From positions 149,623,031 through 149,687,030 of the forward strand of contig JASCQW010000001.1 of assembly GCA_030264375.1 (NCBI GenBank): a DNA stretch of 64,000 nucleotides. The letters are read 5' to 3'. Shown piece by piece: positions 12,335 through 23,610 of this stretch; the first letter of the stretch is position 1, and every line of letters begins with the position of its first letter. Source of the stretch: Carcharhinus longimanus (lineage: Eukaryota). The notes under the pieces are model-generated. The model did not search any database. It had not been told where the DNA came from and worked only from the letters and a program-made list of their open reading frames with translations. A program made the position numbers and the translations under genes.

Positions 12335-13045
12335 TTTGATTTGATTTGATTTATTATTATCACATGTATTGGTATACAGTGAAAAGTATTGTTTCTTGCA
12401 CTCTATACAGATAAAGCATACCATACATAGAGAAGGAAAGGAGACAATGCAGAATGTAGTGTTACAGTCATAGCCAGGGTTTAGAGAAAGATCAACTTAA
12501 TGTGAGGTAGGTCAGTTCAAAAGTCTGACAGCAGCAGGGAAGAAACTGTTCTTGAGTTGGTTGGTACATTTCCTAAGACTTTTGTATCTTTNNNNNNNNN
12601 NNNNNNNNNNNNNNNNNNNNNNNNNNNNNNNNNNNNNNNNNNNNNNNNNNNNNNNNNNNNNNNNNNNNNNNNNNNNNNNNNNNNNNNNNNNGTTCAAAAG
12701 TCTGACAGCAGCAGGGAAGAAACTGTTCTTGAGTTGGTTGGTACATTTCCTAAGACTTTTGTATCTTTCTCCCGACGGAAGAAGGTGGAAGAAAGTACGT
12801 CTGGGTGCGTGGGATCCTTAAGTATGCTGGCTGCTTTTCCAAGGCAGCGGGATGTGTAGACAGTGTCAAAGGTTGGGAGGCTGGTTTAAATGATGGACTG
12901 GGCTTCGTTCACAACCCTTTGTAGTATTTTGTAGTTTTGGACAGAGCAGAAGCCATACCAAGCTGTGATAGAACCAGAAAAATGCTTTCTGTGGTGCATC
13001 TGTAAAGGTTGGTGAGAATCATAGCTGACATGCCAAATTTCCTTA
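12335..13045 (-). mobile_element. Rex1/Babar LINE 3' fragment (spans gap)
   Basis: Minus-strand RYKSLRKCTNQLKNSFFPAAVRLLN is a typical Rex1 ORF end; (ATCAA)n tail at ~12335; homologous to 41762-42775. Confidence 0.85.
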
Positions 13046-13624
13046 AGGGCCAAATTGGCCCTTAAGTTCTATGAAACTCTGCTCTCCTTTATTTCATTGA
13101 AGGACTCAATCAGATTAGCCAAACACAATGTTCCATACCACATCTGTGCTGGCTTTCATTTAGTAACACATATTTTTCCAACTGCTAATTAACTTTAACC
13201 CAGGTTTCATCTGTAAGCGTTTTCCCCACCACCTTCATTAGGCTGACTGGTCTGCAGCTCCTGCGTTTATCACTTTCCCTTTTTTGAAAAGGAGTATAAT
13301 TTCAGCAGACTTCTAGTCTTCTGCAACCATTCCCACACTTAAGGAGGAATGGAAATTTGTGACCAAGACCTATGTAATTCTCACCTTAACTTGACCCAGA
13401 GATAGTGAAGGGACAGTGATATATTTCCAGGTCAGGAAGGTGAGTGGCTTGGAGGGGAACTTCCAGGTGGCAGTGCTCCCAAATGACTGCTGCATTTGTC
13501 CTGGGTTTGAAAGATGCTGTCTATGGTGCCTATTAAGGAGAATTGTTTCTGCACAAATACACATAGGATCCTCCGTTCCTGCTCATCAAGTCCTCTCTTT
13601 AGAATTGTAACCTTTATTTTATAT

Positions 13625-13835
13625 TGGCCGGAATTCTCCAGCCATTCATGCCGACGGGATTCTCCAGTCCTGCCGTCAACACAGCCCCGCCATGGGCTTC
13701 CCGCTGACATGGGTCGACATGAATGGGAAGTCCCATTGACAGTGGTGGGACCAGAGAATCGTACTGCTAGTAAACAATGCACAACCTCCCACTGGTGAGA
13801 AACATATAGCTGGGAGGCCAGAAAATCTCACTCCA
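13625..13835. mobile_element. ~210-bp MITE-like element
   Basis: TGGCCGGAATTCTCC ... GAAAATCTCACTCCA ends, with internal palindromic segments. Confidence 0.5.
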
Positions 13836-14442
13836 GTCTTTCTCCAATTTTCCTACCTAAGTGAATCACCTCACACTTCTTTCCATTAAATTTCCTCCGC
13901 CACTTGTCCACCCAGTTCATCAACGTGTCAGTGTCCTTTGGAAGTTCTACACTGTCCACCTTGCAGTTTGCCATTCTTCCAGATTTTGTACTGCCTGCAA
14001 GTTTTGTAATTGTGCCCTGTTCACCAACGTCTCTCTCATTATGTATAACAGGAAGAACAGGGGTCTTAACACTGATCCCTTGGGAACTCCACTATAAACC
14101 TTCTGATAATCTGAAAAACAACCATTCATCACCACTCTCTCTTTCCTGTCACTTAGCCAATATTGTATCCATGTTGCTCTTGTCACTTTTATTCCTTACT
14201 TTCTAACTTTGCTTACATGTCTGTTGTGCAACACGTTATCAAATGCCTAATGGAAATCCATGTGACCAGCTACTCTCCCGGTTACCTTGTCAAAAATGCA
14301 AGCTAGTTAAATTTACCATTAATAAATCCATATTGGATTTTCTTAATTTAGCCAAATTTTCCCAAATGACTCATAATTTAATCCCAAATTATTGTTTCTA
14401 AAAGCTTCCCCAACACCGAAATTAAACTGACTGGTCTGTAGT

Positions 14443-14712
14443 GGGCGGCATGGTGGCACAGTGGTTAGCACTGCTCTCACGGCACCAGGGACCAGGCTTT
14501 GATTCCCAGCTTGGATCATTGTCTGTGTGGAGTTTGTGTGTTCCCCTTGTGTCTGTGTGGGTTTCCTCTGGGTGCTTTGGTTTCCTCCCACAGTCTGAAG
14601 AATGTGCTGGTTAGGTGCATTGACCCAAACAGGCACCAGTGTGAGGCAACTAGGGGAATTTCACAGTAACTTCATTGCAGCGTTAATGTAAGCCTAGTTG
14701 ACACTAATAAAT
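14443..14712 (+). mobile_element. V-SINE, tail B
   Basis: GGGCGGCATGGTGGCACAGTGGTTAGCACTGC head, GTGTGGAGTTTG V core, TTTCACAGTAACTTCATTGCAG tail; GTAGT duplicated at the flanks. Confidence 0.88.
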
Positions 14713-14949
14713 ACACCTTACTTTCAGTAGTTGATGGGCTTATTGTTTTGAACAGGGTGTAATATTTGCAACTTTTTTCGTCATCTGGCAGAATTCCGAA
14801 TTAAAGAAAATTTAGATCAGCGTGATCTGGTGATGGGAACAGAATTGACTGGGAATCAATTATCTGGGGAGGGATGCATAAAAAAAGTTTGAAAATGCTT
14901 CCTTCAGAATGAATCTGAAGAGAGAAAGCTCCCTGCTATCTGGAAGAAA

Positions 14950-15370
14950 TGCAATGTGGCCTGACTTAACTGATTGATTGATTGATTTATTGATTTAATG
15001 CACTGCGGTAGTACATAATTTCTACTGCACATTGTGCAAATTGACTTAAGGAGCAGTATTGATTTGATTGATTGTTCAAATTTATTTTTAATTAACTTTA
15101 ATTTAAATCATGCAAGTATTTAAGTGCAGTGATGAGTGTTTTTAATTTGAGCAGTGTGCAATTTGATTTAAGAAATCCATTAATATCTGATCTGATGGAT
15201 TTCAATTCTATTTAATCATGCATAAGTTTAAAAATAATGATGAGTGGTTTCAACCTGGACAGTTTATAACTTGATTTAGAGAATCCATCGATCCAGTCTG
15301 ATTGATTTAAATTATTTTTCATTTGAATCAGGTACGCGTTATGAGCTGTGAGTGACTGTTCTCAATCTGT
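14950..15370. repeat. Degenerate ~110-bp tandem repeat (3-4 units)
   Basis: AATCATGCA at 15106 and 15214, AATCA at 15326; TGTGCAA.TTGA.TTAAG at 15033 and 15155; TGATGAGTG at 15130 and 15238. Confidence 0.6.
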
Positions 15371-15984
15371 AAACTTCCTCCCTTCCTGAGGATGACCGAT
15401 TCAAAGATATTGAAGAGGGAGTGCGATAAGGAACATGTAACCGTCATGTCTGAAAATTGTCAGGCACTCTTTGATGAGTCTGGGGAATGGCAGGAGACCC
15501 CACATGCCTCATCTGGAGACATCCCACGTGACAATGGATCCCTACATGCAATAAAATCCGTAGTTCCCAAATCGACACCAGCAACCATCTTCAGACTCAT
15601 GGAAGATAATCATCTGCACTGGTGAAGGATAGTCAATAAAATAATCACAATACAATCTGTGCAATACTATATTTATGTAAAAGGTTGTTCAATAAAACTG
15701 CATCAGTCCTTCACTTTCAGAATAGATAACTGACACTGGGTGGGTTGACAGTAAAGATCTCCATCAAAAGCCACTTCTCGTATAACAAAAAACTTATTCA
15801 CTCATTCAAAGAAGTGTATACTGTCTGACCAAGCAGCTACTCAAGTGCAAACAGTGTTGTTATCCAATGAAAGCATTTCAAACATCAAAGTTCATTCCCA
15901 GGATGCGAATCACTCAATTTAAGTATATTTTATACATATTTATACACATAAGCTGTAACCTATGAGTCAGATAATTACAGCTTC

Positions 15985-16518
15985 AAGTTTTTTTTTATTC
16001 ATTAGCATTGCTGGTTGGCTGCATTTCTTGTCCATCCCTAGTTGCCCTGGGAGGGTGGTTGAGAGTCAACCATATTGCTGTGGCTCTGGTGTCGCATGTA
16101 GTCCAGCCCAAGCAGGGACGGCAGATTTCCTTCCGTAAAGGACATTAGTGAACCAGATGGGTTTTTCTGAAAATCGACAATGGTTTCATGGTCATCAGTA
16201 GATTCTTAANNNNNNNNNNNNNNNNNNNNNNNNNNNNNNNNNNNNNNNNNNNNNNNNNNNNNNNNNNNNNNNNNNNNNNNNNNNNNNNNNNNNNNNNNNN
16301 NNNNNNNNNCCGTAAAGGACATTAGTGAACCAGATGGGTTTTTCTGAAAATCGACAATGGTTTCATGGTCATCAGTAGATTCTTAATTCCAGATATTTTT
16401 TATCAAATTCTAATTCCACCAACTGCCATGGTGGGTTTCAAACCTGGGTCGCTAGAACATTGGCTGAGTTCCTGGATTAATAGACTAGCAATAGTGCCAC
16501 TAGGCCATCGCCTCCCCA
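15985..16518 (-). mobile_element. SINE family C (spans gap)
   Basis: AAGGACATTAGTGAACCAGATGGG core and CATCCCTAGTTGCCC tail in reverse orientation. Confidence 0.8.
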
Positions 16519-16519
16519 T

Positions 16520-16878
16520 AGTCCAAGTTCCATTGGAATGACTTGAACATAAAATCTTGGCGAGGACTCCAATGGAGTACTGAAGGCATGCTGCACTGTT
16601 GGAGGTGCTGTCTTTTGGAATAACTATTAAACCAAGATGCCCATCTGCCTACCTGGGTGGATGTAAAAGGTCCCATTTCAATATTTTGAAGAAGAGCACG
16701 GGTTCTCCCCTGTATCCTTTGTCTGCCAACACAGAGTTATTACCATGTTGCCATTGTGTCTCCTATTACAAAAATAACTATACTTCACAAAGTACATCAT
16801 AGACTGTGAAATGCTTTGGGATATCCTGAGTTCATGAAAGGTGCTATGTAAATGCAAGTCTTTATTTTTCTTCTTTAT
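16520..16878 (+). mobile_element. Deu-domain SINE (SacSINE1/AmnSINE1-like)
   Basis: GTACTGAAGGCATGCTGCACTGTTGGAGGTGCTGTCTTT ... GGTGGATGTAAAAG ... GAAAGGTGCTATGTAAATGCAAGTC matches the recalled DeuSINE consensus. Confidence 0.75.
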
Positions 16879-17249
16879 TTACTCCCATATACCTATCACT
16901 ATATATTTATAATGGTCTTTAATATTACATGCATTGCTTGGTCCCTCTCTCTCCAGCTGTGAAGAAATCTATTGCAAAAATATCAACATTGAGTTTTAGA
17001 TTATGTACAGACAAGCCACGAGACAGACATGGGATTGGTAGCTGTCAGATGCGATGATTGTCAAGCCCAGAGGAGCTCTGGTGTCAACCAAATGTTAATG
17101 AAACCACTGAACTCACATCCCTTCTGGGACTGAAATGGCTGCTGATGGGGAAACTTAAAGGTAAATGGTTGCGTATGAGGGAAAAACCTGTTCACATTTA
17201 AAAGGCTGCAAATAATATACATAATATTGAATGCTTTTCCAAAGGCTGT

Positions 17250-17880
17250 TTGAGGTATATAGGGAGAGATGTACTTGGTTAGAAAGCAGTTCAGAGAAAG
17301 TTCACTAGGATGACTTCTGGGATGAAGGGTTTGTCATTTGAGGGAAAGGTTGAGTAGGTTGGGCCGATACTCATTAAAGTTTTACAAGAAGGAAAGGTGA
17401 CCTTATTGAAACATACAAGACTATGGGGGGATTTGACAGAGTAGATGCTGAGAAGATGTTTCTCCTTGTGAGCGAATCTAGAACTGAGGGCACAGTTTTA
17501 AGAAAATTTAAGATGGAGATGAGGGGCATAATATTACTGACTGTTCACACCACGCTCCCACTGCAACGGGGTTGGAGAATTTGGTGCCCAGCCAAATCTC
17601 AGTTCACTGTAGAGGGATGGGAAAATCCTACTGGCACGAACGATGGTAACATTCCAGCCTAGAAGTTTTTTGTCTCAATGGGTCCATTAGTTTATGAAAT
17701 TCTCCACAGCGTTTGGGTCACTGAATATATTCCAATTAAATTAGACACATTTTTGACCTACAAGAAAATCAAGGATTATGGGTGAATATTGGTAATGTGG
17801 AGGTAAGGCCCCAGGTTGATTAGCCATGATCATATTGATCAGCCAAACACGTTTGGTGAGCTGAATGGCCAATTATGTTC
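17250..17880 (+). mobile_element. CR1 LINE 3' fragment with a MITE inserted at ~17523-17660
   Basis: CR1 ORF2-end remnant GGFDRVDAEKMFLLVSESRTEG and a GAATGGCC..ATGTTCTTA tail. Confidence 0.7.
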
Positions 17881-17884
17881 TTAC

Positions 17885-18215
17885 TGCAGCAATTTACCAA
17901 AGATCCTTAGACAGTACCTTCCAAACCCATGATCGCTTCTATCTAGAAGGACAAGGGCAGCAAGGACATGGGAACACCAGCACCTGCAAGCACCCCTCCA
18001 AGCCACTCACCATTCTGACTTGGAAATATATCGCCGTTCCTTCTTATCGCTGAGTCAAAATCCTGGAATTCCTTCTCTACGGGCATCATGGATCTATCCA
18101 CAGCACGTAGACTGCAGCGATTCAAGAAGGCAGCTCACCACCACCTTCTCAAGGGCAACGAGGATTGGGCAATAGATGCTGGCCAGCCAGTGGCGCCCAT
18201 GTCCCAGGAATGAAT
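17885..18215 (+). mobile_element. CR1-group LINE (type B) 3' end
   Basis: CAGCTCACCACCACCTTCTCAAGGGCAA..GGGCAATAGATGCTGGCCAGCCAG tail; homologous to 27780-28525. Confidence 0.75.
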
Positions 18216-18699
18216 AGAATTTCTTATGGATGAATCTGATATCTGATCTAAAAATGCAAAGGCAGGAAATTTATTCTATGAGTAATTGATGGGACATATT
18301 AATTTCCCGTTTGAAGGCTGCAGGAGGAGGGATGGAGGCGGTGAAAGTAGAGTTGACCTATTGGTCATTATGATGTATCCTCCTCAGTGGACAGCAAGGC
18401 AACACACCTAACATCAGGTGGTGGCTAATCTCAGTACAATGTGCACTCTTTGGACGATGTGGGAATACTCACAAATGAAAAATGCACTCTTTAAGTAAGC
18501 TGACAAAGAAAGATTACATAATGCTTCCACACATTAAGGATAGATCAGGTTAGACAAGATGTTGTTTACCATCTTGTTGGTTACCTAATGCTGGTAAGTG
18601 CTAAGTCTTTCCCTTAACAGCTCTTCGAATGTCAGTGACATACCCATAAAGCACTTGAAATTTTATTGAAAACCAATGAATATTAATATCTTCAGCATC

Positions 18700-19560
18700 T
18701 TAAGCCACAGTTGGAATCCAATGGTACTCGTTCTGGTCGTCACACTACCAGAAGGATGTTGAGGCTTTGGACAGGGTGCAGAAAAGGTTTACCAGGATGT
18801 TACCTGGTTTACATAAGAACATAAGAAATAGGAGCAGGATTAGGCCATCTAGCCCTTCGAGCCTGCCCCGCCATTCAGTAAGATCATNNNNNNNNNNNNN
18901 NNNNNNNNNNNNNNNNNNNNNNNNNNNNNNNNNNNNNNNNNNNNNNNNNNNNNNNNNNNNNNNNNNNNNNNNNNNNNNNNNNNNNNNGGCCATCTAGCCC
19001 TTCGAGCCTGCCCCGCCATTCAGTAAGATCATGGCTGATCTGTCGTGGCTCAGTTCCACTTTCCTGCCCTCTCCTCATAACCCTTAATCCCTCGCTTATC
19101 AAAAACCCATCAACCCGCGTCTTTAAAATATTTAGGGCATTAGCTATGATGAGAAATTAGACAAACTTGTTTTATTTTCACTTGAATACTGGAGGCTGAG
19201 GGGGCTACCATGAATGGCTTGGTTAGAATGGATAATTAGAGCTGTTTTCCCAGAGTAGAAATATCAATTACTAGGGGACATAGGTTTAAGGTAAAAGGGG
19301 GAAAGTTTAAAGGAGATGTGAAAGGCTAGGTTTTTACACAGAGGGTTGTAAGTGCCAGGAATGTGCTGCCAGAGGAGATGGCAGAAGCAGATGTAATGAC
19401 AAGGTTTAAGAGGCATCTTGACAGACACATGAATAGACGAGGAATAGAGGAATATGGACCATGTATAGGAAAAAGGTCTTTTGTTTAGAAAGGCATCATG
19501 TGTTGGCGCAGGCTTGGTGGACCGTAAGCCCTGTTCCTGCACTGTACAGTTCTTTATTCA
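18700..19560 (+). mobile_element. CR1 LINE 3' fragment containing an antisense CR1 3'-end insertion (~18811-19135)
   Basis: DRVQKRFTRMLPGL CR1 ORF2 motif; the insert starts ACATAAGAACATAAGAAATAGGAGCAGG, an antisense (TTCTTATG)n tail. Confidence 0.8.
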
Positions 19561-20282
19561 AACATTTTACAGCCTATATGGTGTTAACGTGCATGGTGTT
19601 AGCACTCTCTAGTTGACCCTGGAGAGCAAGGGTACCTCTAGAAGTGGCATAGCTGGGCCCTTACAACAGGAGACTATGCTCACATGCTTTGCAGGACTTT
19701 AAGAAGTTTGGACATCATTGGCGGAAGCTCAGATGTTGCCACCAATGTGCTGAGCAGTACCTTGCAATGACAGGTGTTCACCTTGGACAGACATGAACAG
19801 TGGATGTTAAGGAATTATTTTATGCAGTCTGTTACATTACATCTTGGTGGATGTAATAAACCCCTGCACCAAGAGAGTGCAAATAATGCAATAATACATG
19901 TTGGTATCTCTTAGGATGTCAACACATCTAATTCTTTGACATCTCTTCAATTAAACCTCCATTATGCCAACAAATCAGACTGTCACTGCAGCATCCATGG
20001 TGCAGCAGCCTGCGTTTGGGCTTTAAAAAACTCAACTACCAAACAGTCATGGTGTAGGTGCATTTCAGTGCTCCAAATGCACGGAACTGACATCTCGCAA
20101 CAGTTTTGCTGAGGCCATGAGGGAAACACCACACAGGAGTACTCAAGCCCGTACAAAAGAAATCACTGCAAGTGTTGGAAATCATAGAATCACTACAGTG
20201 CAAAAGGAGGTCTTTCGGCCAATCAAGCCTGCACTGACAACAAACCAACCCAGGCCCTATCCCCGTAACTCCACATATTTCT

Positions 20283-21092
20283 TTTATTTATTTGTGGGAC
20301 ATGGATTTTGCTGGCTGACCAGCATTAATTGCCCATCCCTAACTGCCCTTGAGAAGGTAGTGGTGAGCTGCCTTCTTGAATCACTGCAGTGCTGTGAGTT
20401 GATCCACAATGTTGTAAGGAAGGGAATTCCAGAATTTTTACCCAGCAACTGCAAAGGAATGGTGATTTATATCAATGATAGTCATGATGTGGAGATGCCG
20501 GCTTTGGACTGGGGTAAAACAGAAAGAAATCCCAAAACACCAGCTTAAAGTCCAAACAGGTTTCTTTGTCACAAAAAACAAATAATTTTGCTACAAATAA
20601 ACCTGTTTGGACTTTAAGCTGGTGTTGTGGGATTTCTTTCTGTTATATATCAAGTCAGGGTGGTGAATGGCTTAGAGGGGAACTTGCAGATGGTGGTGTT
20701 CCCATATAACTGCTGCCTTTGTTCTTCAGGCAGAAGTGGTCGTGGGTTTGGAAGGTGCTGCCTAAGGGTTTTTGGTGAATTGCTGTAGTGCATCTTGTAG
20801 ATGGTAACACTGCTGCTACTAAGTGTTGGCGGTAGAGAAATTGAATGTTTGTAGATGGGTACCAATCAAGTGTGCCGTTTTGTCCTGGATGATGTCAAGC
20901 TTCTTGAGTGTAGTTGGAGTTGCACCCATCCAGGCAAATAGGGAATACTGCATCACACTCCTGTCTTTTGTTTTGAAGATGCTGGATAGACTTTGGGGAG
21001 TCAGGAGGTGAGTTACTCAGTGCAGTATTCCTTGCTTCCGACCTGCTCTTGTAGCCATTGTATTTATGTGGTGAGTCCAGTTGAGTTTCTGA
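20283..21092 (-). mobile_element. CR1-group LINE (type B) 3' fragment
   Basis: Minus-strand TIYKMHYSNSPKTLRQHLPNPRPL; homologous to 27780-28525. Confidence 0.8.
20476..20645. mobile_element. Hairpin (inverted-end) Penelope-like insertion
   Basis: 46-bp inverted repeat (20518-20563 / 20599-20644, 1 mismatch); TATATCAA duplicated on both sides; arms resemble 30670-30720. Confidence 0.7.
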
Positions 21093-21321
21093 ACACTGCT
21101 AGTCCTGCTGACACTAAGGAGCAATTTAGCATGGTCAATCCACCTAACGTGCACATCTCTGGAGTGTGGGAGGAAACCAGAGCACCGGACGAAACCCCAT
21201 GCAGTCACGGGGAGAACATACAAACTCCACACAGACAGCCACTTAAGCCTGAAATTGAACCCGGGTCGCTAGCACTGTGAGGCAGCAGTGCTAACTGCTG
21301 TGCCACTGTGCCGCCCAATCT

Positions 21322-21740
21322 GAAATCAAAAGAGAAAATGCTTGTAATACTCATGCAGCATCCTGGAAGGACACACAAAGTTTACATTTTAGTCCATAAC
21401 TTTAATCAGAACTTGAGAAAGGTGAGCAGCGTTTAATTAATTGCAGAAGCAGTTGAGGTGCAGAATGGCAGGACTCTGATAGGGTGAAAAACAGCAGTGA
21501 TGAAATGATGAAAAGGATGATGGTGCAAAGCAAAAGTGGGGAATAATGGGATAAGAAACAAAGGCACTGAGGAGACTGAAATGATAACAACAGATCCACT
21601 GCCAACTACTGCTATCAATAAACCTGGAGCAGATGCTATGATTTGAAATTGTTAGAAAGTGCCTAACTGCAGGTTGAGGTGAGGGTCCTCAAGCTTCCAT
21701 TGAGCTTTATTATAATATTGTAGAAGGCCAAGAGGTGAGA
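21322..21740 (-). mobile_element. Degraded Penelope-like element 3' region
   Basis: Minus-strand AQWKLEDPHLNLQLGTF resembles the C-terminus of the Penelope GIY-YIG region (RKLEEQHLIFRLGTL); the end resembles 30450-30570. Confidence 0.6.
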
Positions 21741-22004
21741 ATAGAAGTCAATACTTTCTATTGCAAGAAATGCACTTGGGTGAGAAATTAGTGGGAGGCA
21801 ATTATTACGCTTGAAACTAAATTTAAAAACTTTTTCACATTTGGTACTTGATTCTGGAGTTCGGTTCATAGTTGCTTGGGATTCTGCATTGTCACTGTGT
21901 CATTGATATAGAAGTTGTCTGAATTGTTACTGTAATATAGTTGCATTATTTTGTTATTCATAAAGAGCTCAGAACTAATCGTTATGTGAGAATATCACCC
22001 AGGG

Positions 22005-22960
22005 TGTTATGTTCCTTGTTGCACTGCAGTCCTGTGCTGAATAACAATGTATTAGGCCAAGACAGCTGAAAGAAATGCACATAATGAGGCTCCAGCAGTT
22101 TGTGTCTAAAATGTGACTGTTTCTAACTTATGAGAACCAGAAAACATAACATGGTGGCAGCAAGTGTCTATGAATAAAAAACAAACCCAAACATTTTAAA
22201 TGGATTTAATGCTGAATTGGATTGAAAAATCAATCTAAATTAGTGCTAAAGAGAGAGAAAATGAAATGGCTGCCACACTAATAAATGCAGTCCATCATAA
22301 ATTGGATTGATGATGTCGAGGTAGTTGAGAAATTTAAACCAAAGTGCAGACAGACCGACACTCAGTAGCTTTCTAAAAAGCGCTAATGAAAGTGTCAGTG
22401 CATCATTTGGTGGGCAGGAGGGAAAGGGTTAAATTTATTTAATAGTTGGGAGCTGAGTGAAGATGATGGCAAAAACCCAGACAAAGCTTCTGAAAAATTC
22501 AGCATGCACCCACCAGTTGAAATCAAATAACTGTACCTATCATTATGAGTTAGATGGTCTGAGACAGGAATCGGGTGAACCTGTTGACAATTTCATAACG
22601 AGATTTAAAAAGTGCAGCCAGAAAATGTAAATCTAAAGACATACATGAAAGGTTACAAAATCAGCTAATTTAGAGCTCCGCACACCCTGAGATACAAAAG
22701 GAATAGATTGATAAGGACAAGCTCACAGACTGTAGATACTGCCACAGCACATGAAGGTATGGTAGACAGATGAATATGCTGACTACCCAAATAGTTTTCA
22801 GTTTAAGTCAAGAGAAAGACAGTAGGGTTGATGTGGTGAAATAGTAACAGAAGATTGCAAGCCAAATAGAGAGAATGATATACAAGGATGACCATGAGTT
22901 CACAGAAAGGAAATGTTCCACATATGCATCAAGCTGAGTATCTGTGTAACTGAATGTTCA
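22005..22960 (+). mobile_element. Gypsy-type LTR retrotransposon relic: short 5' LTR, PBS, broken gag
   Basis: TGTTATGTT (22005) ... AACATAACA (22151) inverted ends, then PBS-like TGGTGGCAGC; gag-like remnants IIWWAGGKGLNLFNSWELSEDD and LRQESGEPVDNFITRF with stops and frameshifts. Confidence 0.65.
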
Positions 22961-22994
22961 AATTATTAAGATATGGTAGAGGAATCTTTCATTA

Positions 22995-23610
22995 TTCATT
23001 TTGCAGAACGTGAACATTGCTGGCTGGGCCAGCATTTACTGCCCATCCCTAACTGCACTCCATTTCAGAGGGTATTTGAGAGCCAATTACATTGTTGTGA
23101 ATGTAGGCCAGACCAGGCAGATTTCCTTCCCTAAAACCAGACGGGTTTTTATGGCAATCAACAGTGCTTTCAATGCTAAAAATCCTCACAGTAGGACTAG
23201 GGGGCACAGCCTCAAGATAAAGGGGGGGCGGTTTATAACGGAGTTGAGGNNNNNNNNNNNNNNNNNNNNNNNNNNNNNNNNNNNNNNNNNNNNNNNNNNN
23301 NNNNNNNNNNNNNNNNNNNNNNNNNNNNNNNNNNNNNNNNNNNNNNNNNATGGGGAGAGGGCGGGAATGTGGAACTGAGCCACGACAGATCAGCCATGAT
23401 CTTATTGAATGGCGTGGCAGGCTCGAAGGGCTAGATGGCCTACTCCTGCTCCTATTTCTTATGTTCTTATGTTGTTATTAGACTTTTAATTTCAGATTTT
23501 TATTGATTTCAAATTTCACCATTTGCCATGGTTGGATTTGAACCTGGGTCCCCAGATTTTGCTCTGGGTCTCTGGATTACTAGTTCAGTGACAATGCCAC
23601 TGCCTCCCCT
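22995..23610 (-). mobile_element. SINE family C interrupted by a + strand CR1 3' end (~23180-23472)
   Basis: SINE tail at 22995 and head at ~23500-23610; the insert encodes SRTRGHSLKIKGGRF and ends CCTATTTCTTATGTTCTTATG. Confidence 0.72.

Larger units (their letters stand above)
13045..14790 (-). mobile_element. Degraded CR1 LINE pieces interrupted by younger insertions
   Basis: Minus-strand WIQYWLSDRKERVVMNGCFS..VYSGVPKGSVLRPLFFLLYI is the CR1 RT motif GVPQGSVLGP; interrupted at 13385-13545, 13625-13835 and 14443-14712. Confidence 0.7.
20181..21317 (-). mobile_element. HE1-like V-SINE (tail A) split by a nested LINE fragment
   Basis: Tail at 20181-20280 and body/head at ~21095-21317 are contiguous in the uninterrupted copies (e.g. 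51597-51922). Confidence 0.8.

Noticed and set aside
12515-12768. 77-bp direct repeat around a 100-N gap
   Set aside because: Identical sequence on both sides of a fixed-length gap indicates an unmerged contig overlap.
14443-14520. tRNA genes at SINE heads (here and in other copies)
   Set aside because: tRNA-derived A/B-box heads run into SINE bodies and do not form complete cloverleaves.
16133-16386. 77-bp direct repeat around a 100-N gap
   Set aside because: Same scaffolding artefact.
18843-19032. 45-bp direct repeat around a 100-N gap
   Set aside because: Same scaffolding artefact.
20035-20075. Tc1-like peptide QTVMV*VHFSA
   Set aside because: A single short motif with no other transposase motifs or TIRs found.
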